64,000 nt of DNA from Rhodosorus marinus CCMP1338 (lineage: Eukaryota; Plantae; Rhodophyta): contig JAMWBK010000009.1 in assembly GCA_029953675.1 (NCBI GenBank), positions 1,054,001 through 1,118,000 on the forward strand, read 5' to 3'. Under the pieces are notes generated by a model. It saw only the letters and a list, made by a program, of their open reading frames with translations, had not been told where the DNA came from and searched no databases. Within the stretch, counting starts at the first letter, position 1. Every line of letters starts with the position of its first letter. Below are positions 50,865 through 63,480 of the stretch, one piece after another. The position numbers and the translations under genes are program-made.

Positions 50865-51714
50865 ATGGGTGCTTATAAGTATGTATCGGAGCTGTGGAGG
50901 AAGAAGCAGAGCGATGTTATGAGATTTCTGCTTCGTGTCAGGGCGTGGGAGTACCGACATCTTCCGGCAATTCACCGGGCGAGCAGGCCGACGAGGCCCG
51001 ATAAGGCGCGCAAGCTTGGATACAGGGCCAAGCAAGGGTTTGTGATTTATCGAGGTGAGATGAGAGGGTTAAAGATCTTCGGCGTGTCCGTGCGGCGTGT
51101 GTGGGAGGGTGCACCCCTAAGTCGGAATTTGGGATGTGTTTGGTGGGTCCTCTGTTGCGCTAGTATGCTTACTTTGCGTGTTTTTTTATCGTGTGCTTTG
51201 TTTTGTAGTGCGTGTGCGACGAGGAGGCCGCAAGCGACCTGTGTCGAAGGGTATCCAGTACGGAAAGCCTAAGCATCAGGGTATCTCGGAACTCAAGTTC
51301 CAGCGTAACAAGCGCAGTGTTGCAGAGGAGAGAGCTGGTCGGAAGTGCGGAAACTTGAGAGTTCTCAACTCGTATTGGGTGAATCAGGTGAGTAGAGTTT
51401 AAGAGGGTGCCAAATCAAAAACGAGTCATTTTGCTCACTTTTTTCTTTTCATGTAATGTTCTGTGCAGGATTCGAGTTACAAGTATTATGAAATTGTTAT
51501 GGTTGATCCGTTCCATAAGGCTATCCGACGGGACCCGAAGGCCAACTGGATCTGCAAACCAGTCATGAAGCACCGTGAGCTGAGGGGTCTCACCGCCGCT
51601 GGACGCAAGGGACGTGGCCTCAACAAGAAGGGCCACACCGTCGCCAAGATGCGTCCTAGCATTCGTGGAATTTGGAAGAAACATAACACAAAGTCTCTGA
51701 GACGCTACCGTTAA
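50865..51714 (+). CDS. RPL15: 60S ribosomal protein eL15 (3 exons)
   Basis: [31 protein letters not shown]...[11 protein letters not shown]...[19 protein letters not shown]...[11 protein letters not shown]. Confidence 0.98.
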
Positions 51715-51810
51715 TTTGTCCCCTGTGCACTCTGTTACTAAAGTGAAGACATAGCATTTATATCTGTCGCATTCTTTTGGTCTTGCCGAACAACCTTTGC
51801 TGCCCTGGGG

Positions 51811-54800
51811 CTACATAGAACGCACTTGTCCCGGTAGACTTCTATCATTTGCCTCTAAACGCTTCTGAGGTTCCAAGGTTGAAGCCGCAAACCCTGTTGT
51901 CGAATGGTGATTGCATTTGCCGAATGAGGCAAGCGCTAGGCTACCAGCTGTGAAGATTAGGGCTTCCTCTTCCTTTTCGCTCAGAGCTGAAGCCGAAGAA
52001 CTGAATGCCGAAAAATAGTTTATTAACAAAAAAACACGGGGCCCTACTTACAACCATTTTGGCCAGTGTTTTCGTAATTGCCTGCCATGTCCGCAATTAG
52101 GAACCACCATATGGTCACTACCCTGCAGAGATAGGATCCTGCTGCCAAACACAACGCGTCCCGCCATGTCAAGCCTCACGCTGGCCTCGGGTTCGTTGAA
52201 GAGCACCGTGTCTACAGCTCCCACGTACTCGCTATCATCGTACCACAGAGTCCGTTGAGCACCTTTCCACTGATAATTCTCTGATACGTTGGCATGAGAA
52301 CGGAATGTTGACTCCTCCACTTCAATAGTCTCTTCCTGAATCTCGATCTCCACTGTGACATCCTCTGCTTCCTCGTCCGAGTCACTCGAAGCCAAGCTTG
52401 AGTCCATATCCGCGCCCTGATTCAGTACGACGTTCCACGGAGGTTGTCCGTCATTGCTCTGCGTAAAGCTACCCCATCGATCCTGCTTCGGGACCACTAC
52501 AGAACTGCCTCTACTCCCTGCTGATGGAGACCTGGGTTCGGCAATCTCTCGAGCACTTGGAACCGCCCCATCTCGTCTGCTAATCGCACCCACAGAACCC
52601 CGGCGATCTCCTTCCACGCGGTCCAAGCCTTCAATAATTCCTAGCTTGTCCAACCTGAGTGACAACTCATCGCCGAACGCGTCCAAGTCCAAGTTCAAAT
52701 CAGCATCCATGCCCTTTGACTCGATGGTAAGCCCGGGCAAAACAGGCTCACCAGAATGCGCAGGAACCAAATCGGGATCGCTCTTGCTCTTCACGGCTTG
52801 AGTTTGCTGAGACTCCTCTACGCGTGCACCGTGGCTGGCGTGTTGTCTGAGGTTCCACGAGCTGCTAGACTGAGTTGTGGACTCACCAACTAACTTCGCT
52901 ACGTTGTTGGCGCCTGCATCCTTCGTGGCTGAGTTCGAAATCCTTTCTCTCTGTCCGGGTGCCGTGGAAGATGCCTCCACTTGCGCTTGTTTGCTGCCTA
53001 CCAGGGGCGCCTTTCCACATTGGTCATTTTGAGTCACGTCTTGAGCTCTTCCATTTGGCTCCAACAACGCCGGCTCAGGCATTCTTCCTCCTTGGTCCAA
53101 CATTCCCAGCTCCGGAGTCTGGGGGTTTGATCGGTTCGATCGGTGGCTGCTGGGATCGGAGGTTTCCCTGGAAGGTCCTAACGATGTCGACTCAGTCCCC
53201 TGATTAGCTCTTGCCCGAGAAATGGCTGCGCTGTTCTTCTGTCGCTGACTTTTCGAGTTGCTTTGCCTGATTGTCGGTGTAATAGGCATCATTGGAGGAC
53301 TCTGCGACAGACTATCATCCTCTCGAAACTTGCCCAATAGGTTGCTGAAAACTCTCGCACGTTCTGACGTTGCAGAACTGGCTGACAATTCGTCCTTGTC
53401 AAACTTGGAAGACGTGGAGCGTTTCACCTGGGTTCCGATCTCCTCCTGATAATCCCGAGACGAGCGTCTACTTCTCCCGGGAGACTTGAGCCCATCGGAC
53501 TTTGACTTTTCCGTAGATTTCTTTGACCACGGCATGAGCTTACGTAATCCCCTCTGGAACGTGGATTCATATCCTTCCTCACTCTTCCGCCCATCCGAAT
53601 CACGTGGCTCGTCGTCCTCCCTCAGACTTCTCTTGGGTGTCAAGGGCGTTTGGGGAGTCCTTGGGGTTTTCGGCGTTCCAATCTCTTCGTCCCTGTCCCT
53701 CGGGGCAATGTCCCCAAGGGATTTTGAGGATCTAGTTCGGCGCAGACCAGTACCTTCTTCTGCTTCAGACGAAGGGTTCGACCTTGGCGCTGACTTAATC
53801 TTGCCTTCTTCATCGATTGACCTATTCTTCCTTCTTTTTCGCCTCCCTGGTCGAGCCTTACCGGGCTCCCCTTCACTGTCTCCCTCGCTTTCCCCGTACC
53901 ACACGTGCCGCTTTACGTCAGAAAAGGAGTACCTGTAAAGGCCAGAACGCACGAGGGGTATTTTTCATAGGCTTAGGGCGATCAGGAAAATCTTCAAGCT
54001 CTCGAAAAAACCGGAAAACTGAATCCCTTGACGGGACATACCTCTTCGAAGGATCCTTTCTAAACATGTTTTCTAACAGGTCAACTAGACCCGGAGAAAA
54101 CTCTGGGGGGCATTCCACGCCCTTATTTACGATGCTATTGTACAAGACTTGGATATCCTCGTCCATGAAAGGGAGACTGCCAGCCACCAAACCGTAGAGT
54201 ATGATTCCCGAAGACCAAACGTCAACCTTGACGCCATCATAACCGTCGGAGGCTCGGGTAATAATCTCCGGGGCTGTGTAGTGAGGGGTGCCAACCTGTG
54301 TATGCAGCAGCTCCGTAGCAGACCCCGCTCCTTTGATAGAGACGAGGCCAAAATCACCGATCTTGATCACACCATCTTTGTCAAGCAGCAGGTTATCAAA
54401 CTTGAGATCTCGATGGAAGACCCCTCGCGCATGGCAATAGAGCATTCCTTCCGTAAGTTGTTTGAAGTAAACTCGAGCTTCGTTCTCATCAAAGGGTCCC
54501 CTGCGCATGAGCTCGTCGTAAAGCTCGCCTCCTTCCACCAGGTCCATGATCATGTAGATGTGTTTAGGGGACATGAGAACCTCATACAAGTTGACTATGT
54601 TCTTGTGGCGCATGGCCTTCATCACCGCGATCTGTGAAGTACAAGTGAAGCATTTCAGCTTTCAGTGTCAGCCCTCCCAGAACCTACCGAAAAATAATAA
54701 TCAAAGCCGAGAGCGACTTTTATGGCCCGAAAAAAGTATTCTGGCTGGTCGAACCTCTCTACGAACTTGGTTGGTCATTTCGTGAGCACGAATTTGACTC

Positions 54801-55184
54801 TTTTGCATCATCTTCACGGCGTAGGTTTTGCCTGTGTCCTCATGGATTCCCAGCTTCACTCTGCAAGTGATTTTTTTTCACAATGGCAAATGACAGAAAT
54901 AAAACACATGAGTTTTTCTGCTCCACGAAAATATAAATTCCTATCTAACGCCGGGCAAATGCAAAGCTCGAACTTTCACTCCCAGCGGAACCTCGATACT
55001 CAGGAGAAAGGCAGGAAAATCCCAGAACTTATTCTCACCAACTACAGGCATATTCAAAAGCAAAAAGAAACGAAGAAATGAGCACTTACTTCCCAAACGC
55101 GCCTTGGCCCAAGGTCTCAAACAAAAGGTATTTCCCAACCTTCGAATGCGACTGAGCAGCCGCTCGAGCGTTGACATCCATCAT
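51811..55184 (-). CDS. SNF1/AMPK-related (SnRK/CIPK-like) Ser/Thr kinase with a >600-aa low-complexity C-terminal tail
   Basis: VGKYLLFETLGQGAFGK|VK, AVKMM, HRDLKFDNLLL, DFG, GTPHYTAPE and DVWSSG. An in-phase last intron gtaagt...cattcag extends the tail to the stop at 51811. Confidence 0.9.
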
Positions 55185-55627
55185 CTTGCCATTCCCAAGA
55201 ACAAAAACGCGACCAAAAAAAAGACAAAAACAAACGTGGAGCAAAAAGAAGCCGTGGCACACGCCTCCAAAACAAAAACCCTCACAGGACAACCCCGCTA
55301 GTCAACAATGTTTTCCTCAATGCCCACTTCCCAACTCGGCAACCCGCTCAAACCTTATCAAAACTTCCCCCCTAAAAACCATGCTCCCACGCCACCACTC
55401 ACAAACAACCAAAGATTCTCAACTCATATTCTTGTCCTAGTTCTAAATATACATCGATATAGAAACCATCTTCACGTTCATTCCATTTAGTCACCCCAGT
55501 CCTTACACAATCTATTCCTCTTACAAACACCAACCTCTTCCCTTCCTACCTCCCCCAAACCCTATTTTTTCCATTCTCCCCCAAACCCTATTTTTTCCAT
55601 TCTCCATCCTTTTTGCACACTCACCCT

Positions 55628-56660
55628 CAACCCAATTTGATGAGGGAACCCTCTGACTGAGGCTTTGGATTGAATAGATTGTGCACTGGAGGACTTAGCG
55701 ACATAGGAGTGCTTGACAATAGGCTAGTTGAGCAACCGTTTCAGCATTCAGAGAACAGGCTAGTTGAGCAGCCATATCGTCATTCACCAACCCAGTTTGA
55801 TGAGGGAGCCCTCTGACTGAGGCTTTGCATTGAATAGATTGTGCACTGGAGGACTTAGCGATATAGGAGTGCTTGACAATAGGCTAGTTGAGCAACCGTG
55901 TCAGCATTCAGAGAATAGGCTAGTTGTGCAGCCATGTCGTCATTCACCAACCCAGTTTGATGAGGGAGCCCTCTGACCGAGGCTTTGCATTGAATAGATT
56001 GTGCACTGAGGACTTAGCGATATAGGAGTGCTTGACAATAGGCTAGTTGTGCAGCCATATCGTCATTCACCAACCCAATTTGATGAGGGAGCCCTCTGAC
56101 TGAGGCTTTGCATTGAATAGACTGTGCACTGGAGGACTTAGACGAACAGACCGTGCGAGTATTGAGCGATATAGGAGTGATTGAGAATAGGCCAGTTGAG
56201 CAACCGTGTCAGCATTCAGAGAATAGGCTAGCTGTGCAGCCGTGTCGCTTCATTCACCAACCAAAATTGATGAGGGAGCAAAAAGCCTCTGACTGAGGCT
56301 TTGCATTGAATAGACTGTGCACTGAAGGACCTAGACGAGCAGAGCGTGCGCGTACCGAGCGACATAGGATTGTTTGAGAATAAGCTAGTTGAGCAGCCAT
56401 GTCACCATTCTCCGTCCTCTATACACCCGCCCAATTTTGGCTGAGGGGACACTCTGATGAGGCTTTGCGTTGAATAAAGCGTGCATTGGAGGATCTAGAC
56501 CAACAGATAATAGGCTAGCCGAGCCCTCACGTCACCATTCCTCACCTCACGTGCTCAGGGACGCATTCTCAATCTCCAGTACACACGCCAGATTACTGAG
56601 AGAATCTAGCAAAGGTTTTGCATTGAATAGACTGTGCATTGGGGGACCTAGACAGACTGC
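55628..56660. repeat. Tandem satellite-like array, ~160-bp unit, ~7 copies diverging left to right
   Basis: Units start at 55628, 55788, 55948, 56071, 56258, ~56428 and ~56590. There is an internal sub-repeat AATAGGCTAGTTG(A/T)GCA, and stops occur in all frames. Confidence 0.95.
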
Positions 56661-58215
56661 ACTGCGAGGTCTGAGGAGGACAATCCCAGTGCTGTTTGGA
56701 ATTGTACCCAGACGAAGTACGAGTTGTTTAAAGGCTAGGTGGGGATGGGAGAGCTTCCAATATACTCGATCCTCCTGTTCACTCGTCCGAGAACCGAGGC
56801 ACCACTGGACTGAGCAGGCTTGCATGAGGAAAAGTACCTCTAGAACGGGAGCAAATGATGCAAGGGGAGGTTTAGATCGCATATGACGATGGTAGTAGCC
56901 CTCTGCGCCCACTTCATTCCGCGATCCTCGTGTTCCCTGTTCACCTATATTGCTCGAAGAACCCGTTTGCATTTCGTGCTGTACAACGAGTACGGAGGCG
57001 AACACTTGTGGCGTTAAAAACCTGAACCAACAGTTGCATGAGTACTTCAGATTGAGAGTTGCGAGCAGATGGAAGAGTAGGATCTCGCCGTCCACATACA
57101 AAGCCAATCCCTGCTCAACCAGCGGCCTCAGACCCAACTTGGAAGTGTACTAAGAGAAAACGGGATGTGGTGGTTGAGGAGCTGCCAGTGGAATCGATCG
57201 AATTCAACGCCGCCGTGATTAAGCGCTTTGGAGGAGAGCAAGCTCAGTCATGTGCAACTCCTCTTAGCGATTGGTTCCAGTGCGGAGAGAGGAGCGAGTT
57301 GAAGTTCCCTTGGTGAGCAACGGCAATTTTGTGTTGTCGAGAAAGATCTGGCTGTGAGGATCTACTCTGTGAAGGCCGTCTTCACGAGCTGGGTGGATGG
57401 AGATGATGGTCCCGACTGGTTCAGATCGGAATCCTTTTTGGAAGATCATCGGCTCGAGGATTTGCAGTTGGGTTTTGAGCTAGCGAAGCGCGTATACCCT
57501 TTGTCAATGAGAAGGGCGCATGGGATGTGAATACTTATTTAACTTTTTGAAAATGGTGAGTGGTTTTTGTCGAGGCGCTATAGCTCTTTACAAGCTGTTC
57601 TTGATTATGTGCAGACTAGTTATTCACCTTTTCCTCCGGTCAAGCTGTGTGAAGATGGTGCTCGAGATCCTACATGTCCTGAGCGCTAGTCTTTCGGAGG
57701 AATTTAGAAACAAACGCAGCAACAGCAACTCAAAAAGCCTCCTTTCTAATGCTAGCTTGTGTTTATGAGGTTCTGAGAAATCAGATCCACTACCGGCAAG
57801 CCTGTTTCGCTTAGGGAGGACATTTTATTACAAGCACTAGATTCAAAGTGCACGCTTCTTGGTTGTTAGTCTATAGACCGCCTCATTACCAGATGACAAA
57901 CTACCTCCAACAAGCGTTGCTGAAGGATCGGTGTGTTTGTGTTTTTATCTATCTTTTGCAGGGTGTACCTCGTACAGTTTTCTGTGTTGGCTGAGCAATG
58001 ATGCCACCAACGACGAAGATCTTCGCATTCAATGAAGCATTCAGTGAAGCAGTGGTCGAAGGAAGCCCTTGACGAAAAGTAACCTCTCCGCCGACGTGGT
58101 AGTCCCAGTCCGAGCTCGGCCGTTTCGATGTATAACATAGTCATTCCGCTTTATAATACTTCATTGTTGGTTGACTCTAGTCCTATGTGCATCTATAGCA
58201 GACGCTGCTATCTGA

Positions 58216-60704
58216 TCAATAGAGTGCAAGTGTGAGCCGTTCCATATCAACAGCATTGTCCTCGCCCAGCAATCGCGCGGGATTCTTCATCAATGCGTTT
58301 CGTAGGTCTATGGACTGTACAACTCGACCACCAGCTCGCGCTCTCCCAAAACCGTAGTTTCCACTCTTTGAGATATGCCTTCCTGAGCTTGCCTCAAGAA
58401 TATTCTTCACATGCATTTCCAGTGCCATGGCCTGTGGTGGGAAGAGAAGTAGTTTCAGTAAGGTGCACAACACCCTCCGAGCGTTCAAGGCAACCTTGTA
58501 TGCAATCCGCATACCATTACTTCAGTAGCTCCATCTGATACATCAGACAATCCCATGGACTCAACCCACTTTCTCAACTTAGCTTTCATCTTCAAGAACA
58601 GCTCCATGTCCATTTTCAGACCAGGAGGTACAGGAGAAAACGAAAGTGAATTGTACGATGGTGCTTGGGATCCACCTCTCGCCAGCGACATCGCTCCCTG
58701 CACAGCAAAATATTGTGTCCTCAGCAACCTTCGCAGGGGAAAGTCTATCAAGGTGTTAAAGTAGCTTAAAGTTGTCATACCGCTCTCGCTGCAGTCGGAG
58801 ATGGTGCAGGTTTCTGGGCGCTCGGAATCGAAACAGGCACAGCGTTCTGGGCTCTGGAGAGTGCTCCTCTACTCGTTTCAGAAGCAGTATCAACTGAACT
58901 TGGTCTCATCGGCTGTGAAGGACTGTCCAACGCTTCAGAAATGACCATGAGTTCATCCCTAAGTTTTTCATTCTCCTTCTGCTGCAGTCGGTATGCTTCT
59001 CCGTTGATAACAATATCTACGAGGCCCACAGACAACACAGGCCAGAGGTTCGATTTTCTTAGTACGTTGCGCAATTGCTGAGTGCTGAACCGTCTGTACT
59101 TGTGGATTCATACCTGGTCTCGCTTTCTTATTCTTATACAGTTCTGCAACCTCTGCGCGTTTTCGCTTAATCGTTGCCTGGCCACGACCCTGAGCAGGTT
59201 TGACGTCTAATCCCTGTCACAATAAGACAAAGACAAATTAGAACAAGTCTACCAATGCTTCCCCCCGCCCCCCGACCGAGGTCCGGCTAATTCCATTCGT
59301 CTCCACGGACTTCGCATTGGTTTTGCTGATTTGGTTTACACAAAACGGACCTGATTCTGTCCCGCCATCCCCCAGCTAGGCATTCCTCCTGGAAGTTCGT
59401 TGGCCTTTGCCTGGGCCATTTGATCCGCGGGTTGCCTCTGTCCAGGTTGACGCTGCATTTCTCGCATGAACTCGTCTTGTTGTCTCTGTCCTGCACCCTT
59501 TCCTCTAAGCATCTGAAGATGCTTCTGCTTTTCGAAAGCCTCCCTCTGTTGCTGCAGCTGTTGCTGCTTGGTCTGGGCCTTTGTAGGCATCTGCCCTTGA
59601 GGCATTTGTTGCCCCTCGAACATACCGGTATGTCTTTGCCCAAATTGGTCCAGTCCCGCTTGACCTCTTCCACGGCCAGCCGGCCCTTGCTGTTGGCCCA
59701 TTCGGATTGGTGCCTGGGGCCCCACCGGGCCCTGATTTGCGCCACCTTGGGGCGGTTGCATTCCCTGCTTCTGAACCCCCCCAGGGCCTTGCTTATTTCT
59801 TGCAAGCTGTGCATTGCGATTCGCTCTCTGCTGCGGGGTTAGCTTTTGGTTTCCTTGTTTGCCAGCAGGCAATCCCTCGGAGTTTTGCAAATTATCAACC
59901 TGAGAGCCGAAGACGACGGCTTAAGAAAGGGAAATCCTCACATCACAGCGCTCCGCTCACCGTCGGACCACCGTCCATTTCTTCTGTTTCTGGAAGATGG
60001 TTGCCTACCTGAGCATTCGCTGCAGCATTTGCCGCTTTCGCCGACGATGTTCTCTGCACCTTTTCTCCCTTCTTCCTGCCTTGGACTGCTTGCTTCTTAC
60101 CATCCGCAGCTGCACAGGCAAAAGAAAATATCGAGGAACCATGTCGTCTGGTCAGATAAATGTCCATCAACAGAACAGTATTGAAAAGAAATTAAACATC
60201 CCATACCTGCTCCTTCCCCAAACGCATCCGACTGCAAGGACACATCGGCCAAGTGATCTTCGATTTTCTTCTGGTTCGCACCAACGACGCGCTTGTTCTG
60301 AACAGGCGTCTTCGGCTTCGGAGTTGCTTTCTCTTTCTTGACCGCGCCCAGATTCGGCAGGTCCGGCACACCTGTACAATCAAGCAAGCAGGCAAGTTCG
60401 ACATCAGCATACACCTGGATCAGCCGGGGGAGTACAGCAGCACATCAAAGGGCTCGCTGCCGAGATGCTCACCGTCCTTCTTAGCGCACGCGCTCCGCAG
60501 AATGTGCCTCACTAGATCATTGTGAACAGAAATTTTGTTTGCGGGCAGAACTTTCCTCAACGAAGCCTCAAACTCAATCTTGGTAGTCTTGGCGGTGAGA
60601 AACTGCTTCAGAACGTAGAGATAACTTTCACAGAGCTCCGGATCCAACCCATTTGCGTTAAGCTGCTTGAGAAGATCAGCTCTTCCTAAAGTTGGCGCGG
60701 TCAT
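58216..60704 (-). CDS. SAGA complex subunit Ada1/TADA1-like with a Gln/Gly-rich insertion
   Basis: N-terminal YLYVLKQFLTAKTTKIEFEASLRKVLPANKISVHNDLVRHILRSA (SAGA-Tad1 pattern) and a C-terminal histone-fold-like MGLSDVSDGATEV...ALEMHVKNILEA. Confidence 0.75.
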
Positions 60705-63149
60705 CTTCGCTGTGTGTTTCAAGTCACTCCACTGACAGCAGCCGATATCTTTACCTCGGCTGCGAGATCAGTTGAGAATTGGGGGCGAAACCCTTCCCTT
60801 CGCCCTTTCCTCGACCTTCTTACAAGCGTAGAAACCCTCCTATTTCTTGTTCCACCCTGGTAACCAAACCGAACATGCAAGCCCCAATACTCGCGCCATG
60901 AAACTCTGACTAAATATTAGAAAAAAAGGTTATTTGTTGGAACTGAATGAAGTCATCGTCGGGGAAGATTTTCGAGCTCTCGAACATGCCAAATTACGCA
61001 CCTTGCAATGTCCTTCGGACATTCAGTTCTTTCGGCCTACACTAAAGTAAGGGAAGAGAACTACAAGAGATTTGACTTTCGGAAGAGTCTAACTTTTCCT
61101 CTTCCACATGCCCAACCAAGGCAAGTCTTGTCCACCCCAAAAGGGGCTCCACTAGGCTGCTTATGCTCGGTCCCAGCACGAGAAGAAGTTAGCGCGGAAA
61201 CGATGGAAAACAGCGCCCTTCCTCCTTCCCCCTCCAGACAAGGCCTGCAAACCCGTGCTTTCGACAAAGTCGCTTCCTCGGGGAGCTCGTGATTCGGCTA
61301 GGCGCCCCCTTCTTCGGCGTTCCAAACCTTCCCTATCCCATTCAAAACCCTCCACTAAATTCCCATCCCTTCCCAACCTCCCACCGCCTCACAAACGACT
61401 TCTAAGTGCACGTCAAAAACATGGCAAAGGAAGAAGAAGAAGGAAAAAAAAAAAAAAAAAAAACCCCAAAAACTCGAGAACAAAAACACCCCCAAAACAA
61501 GGCAAAAATCAACGCTTTCAGTCCCAACCCCTTCAAAACACCACTAAAAACAAGGCTTCCCCAGGGATTCCTCACCAACCTCCCTCACCAACACTGAAAA
61601 CACCAAAAACTACGAAATCACTACCCACACAACCCCTTCGAAAGCTCTCACTTCTCCCACACCCCCCTACCCCTCCCTATCCATTCAAGACAAACCAAAA
61701 GTACCCCTAAAAAAACGCCCCTAATACCGAAATATAATTATTATTCAGGAAAAAATTTAACGGTCATAGTATTAGATACCCTCCGTACAAGATGAACGCG
61801 TATTGAAGTGAATACTACAACCCATCATATGTTTTCGTTCAATTCTTTATGTAGAATGACCAACCTCCCCTACGGTACTATGCAGAACTAAAGAAGCTAC
61901 CCCCTGTTGAGAAAGCGTTTGGAGCTATTGTTAAATATATCTATAATTTTATGAGATTATCACTATAGGTAAGGGGGGTAAGAATTTTTGATTCCTATAT
62001 TAAGTGGATAGCACGTGAGGGGTACGAGAAAACCTTTACAATTGAGAGAAGCAATGTTTTCGTGTTCGTTTTAGGGGTGGGTGGAAATTGCGTTTTTGGG
62101 AGTTGTCCTGACGTGATTTGATTAGTAGTTTAATGCCCTGCAACCGAAAGCTTTGTTTGGCGCCAATTTTTTGAAAAACTGGGAAAGAATAGGCATAAAA
62201 TAGAATTATTTCTTTAAGATATGACTTGTTGCTCCTAGAATATATGAAAATTTTAATTTATGTGATTTGTGTTCTTATTTTTGGACAACGGAAGGTGCCG
62301 ATTTAACCATTTGCGGAATGGAAATCTGCAGTCAGTGTTTATCTAACTGATCATTGTGAAGAGTAGTGGGAGGTTAGCTAGGGCGAGCAGTATTCTGCTA
62401 GTAGAATGAGTTAGACACTGTAGCGACCTTGGATCTGACGAGATCTACAACCAGGATCAGTGAGATTTCGACGGGATTGGCAATATTGTGTTCGCGTTAA
62501 GATGACATGAGAACTGCGAGCATGAACGTGCTCAAAATGCGGTGCCATCCTGCTGCCGAAAGGAAGCTCCACTCACAAGAAAACAAATCACAGAGCATAC
62601 CCTCCTCTGTTGGTCTGGGATTGTTGGAGATTTGAGTGGGTGAGCTCAATCCGCAGGACCTCGACAAGTCTCGGTCGAGGACAGTGAGAAACCCCGAGAT
62701 CCCAGACCGGATCGCTTGCAAACTGGAACAACACAACAAGGTCGGGGGAAGTCAAGCGCTGTTAGAACTATCTACAGAGAACCCGAACACTCCCCTTCTT
62801 CGTCTACAGCAGCAAACACGGGAGGATCGTTGAGGACCAAGCTCGTTCACTTTGGTGCTACAACTCATCTGTTTCGGAAGCAGCTTGCATCGACGCCAGA
62901 TGATCTACTTGAGACCTACTCATCCTTTTTCAGCGGGACGGCCACACGGCTTTCCAGGACGTAACTCGAATGCGGATAGGCTCAACTACTCCGAGAAGCC
63001 TGGCTTCTCAAAATCTTTACGATGTTAGTTTAACTTAGTACTGGTCTGGACGCAACGTCCACGTGCAGGGATCTTCTACGAGATGTTTTTAGGCTACAAA
63101 GTTTTTGCCCGTTCAGTCCAACTGCCATGTCCTCCGCAGCGCCGCGCTC

Positions 63150-63480
63150 AGTCCACCCGCGGTAGTTTTGGTTTTCCTCGGAACGTTTTGTTCAATTTAC
63201 CCGACGAGCAACAACACAACTATGGTCACTGCATTAGCGATTATCAAAGCCGCTGTTATTTTTTCAAAGACACGGAGGAATTCCAAAGACAGTGTGTCAG
63301 CCATTCTGCCTGGGACAATAACGAGACCAAGCACCTAACACCCGACCGCCGCGGTCTGGGGTTTCCCGGGCTGGCACTTGTTAAAGTTGAACTGAGTACA
63401 AGTCTGCATCAACAGAACCATACTTACGCTGAAGGACAAGACGCAAGGCCGCCAGTAACGTGGATACTCGATGTTTCATT
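63150..63480 (-). CDS. Possible exons of an unidentified membrane protein
   Basis: MAGGMKHRVSTLLAALRLVLQ followed by gtaagt, and a hydrophobic exon VLGLVIVPGRMADTLSLEFLRVFEKITAALIIANAVTIVVLLLVG followed by gtaaat. Confidence 0.25.

Noticed and set aside
51055-51208. Longer-than-average RPL15 intron as a snoRNA host
   Set aside because: No paired C/D boxes or H/ACA hairpin-hinge pattern is visible.
55551-55605. 26-bp tandem duplication containing AAACCCTA (telo-box-like)
   Set aside because: Only two copies in a pyrimidine-rich leader. It is not a telomeric tract, and there is no evidence of function.
55628-56660. CRISPR-like reading of the tandem arrays (also 26684-27423 and 28091-28278)
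   Set aside because: Whole units are homologous with no unique spacers between short repeats, the context is eukaryotic, and there are no cas genes.
55628-56660. Hammerhead ribozyme/retrozyme in the 160-bp units (TGATGA motif)
   Set aside because: The core reads UUGAUGA rather than CUGAUGA and there is no GAAA partner on either strand. The 26.7-kb array has CGAAAC on the minus strand but no CUGANGA.
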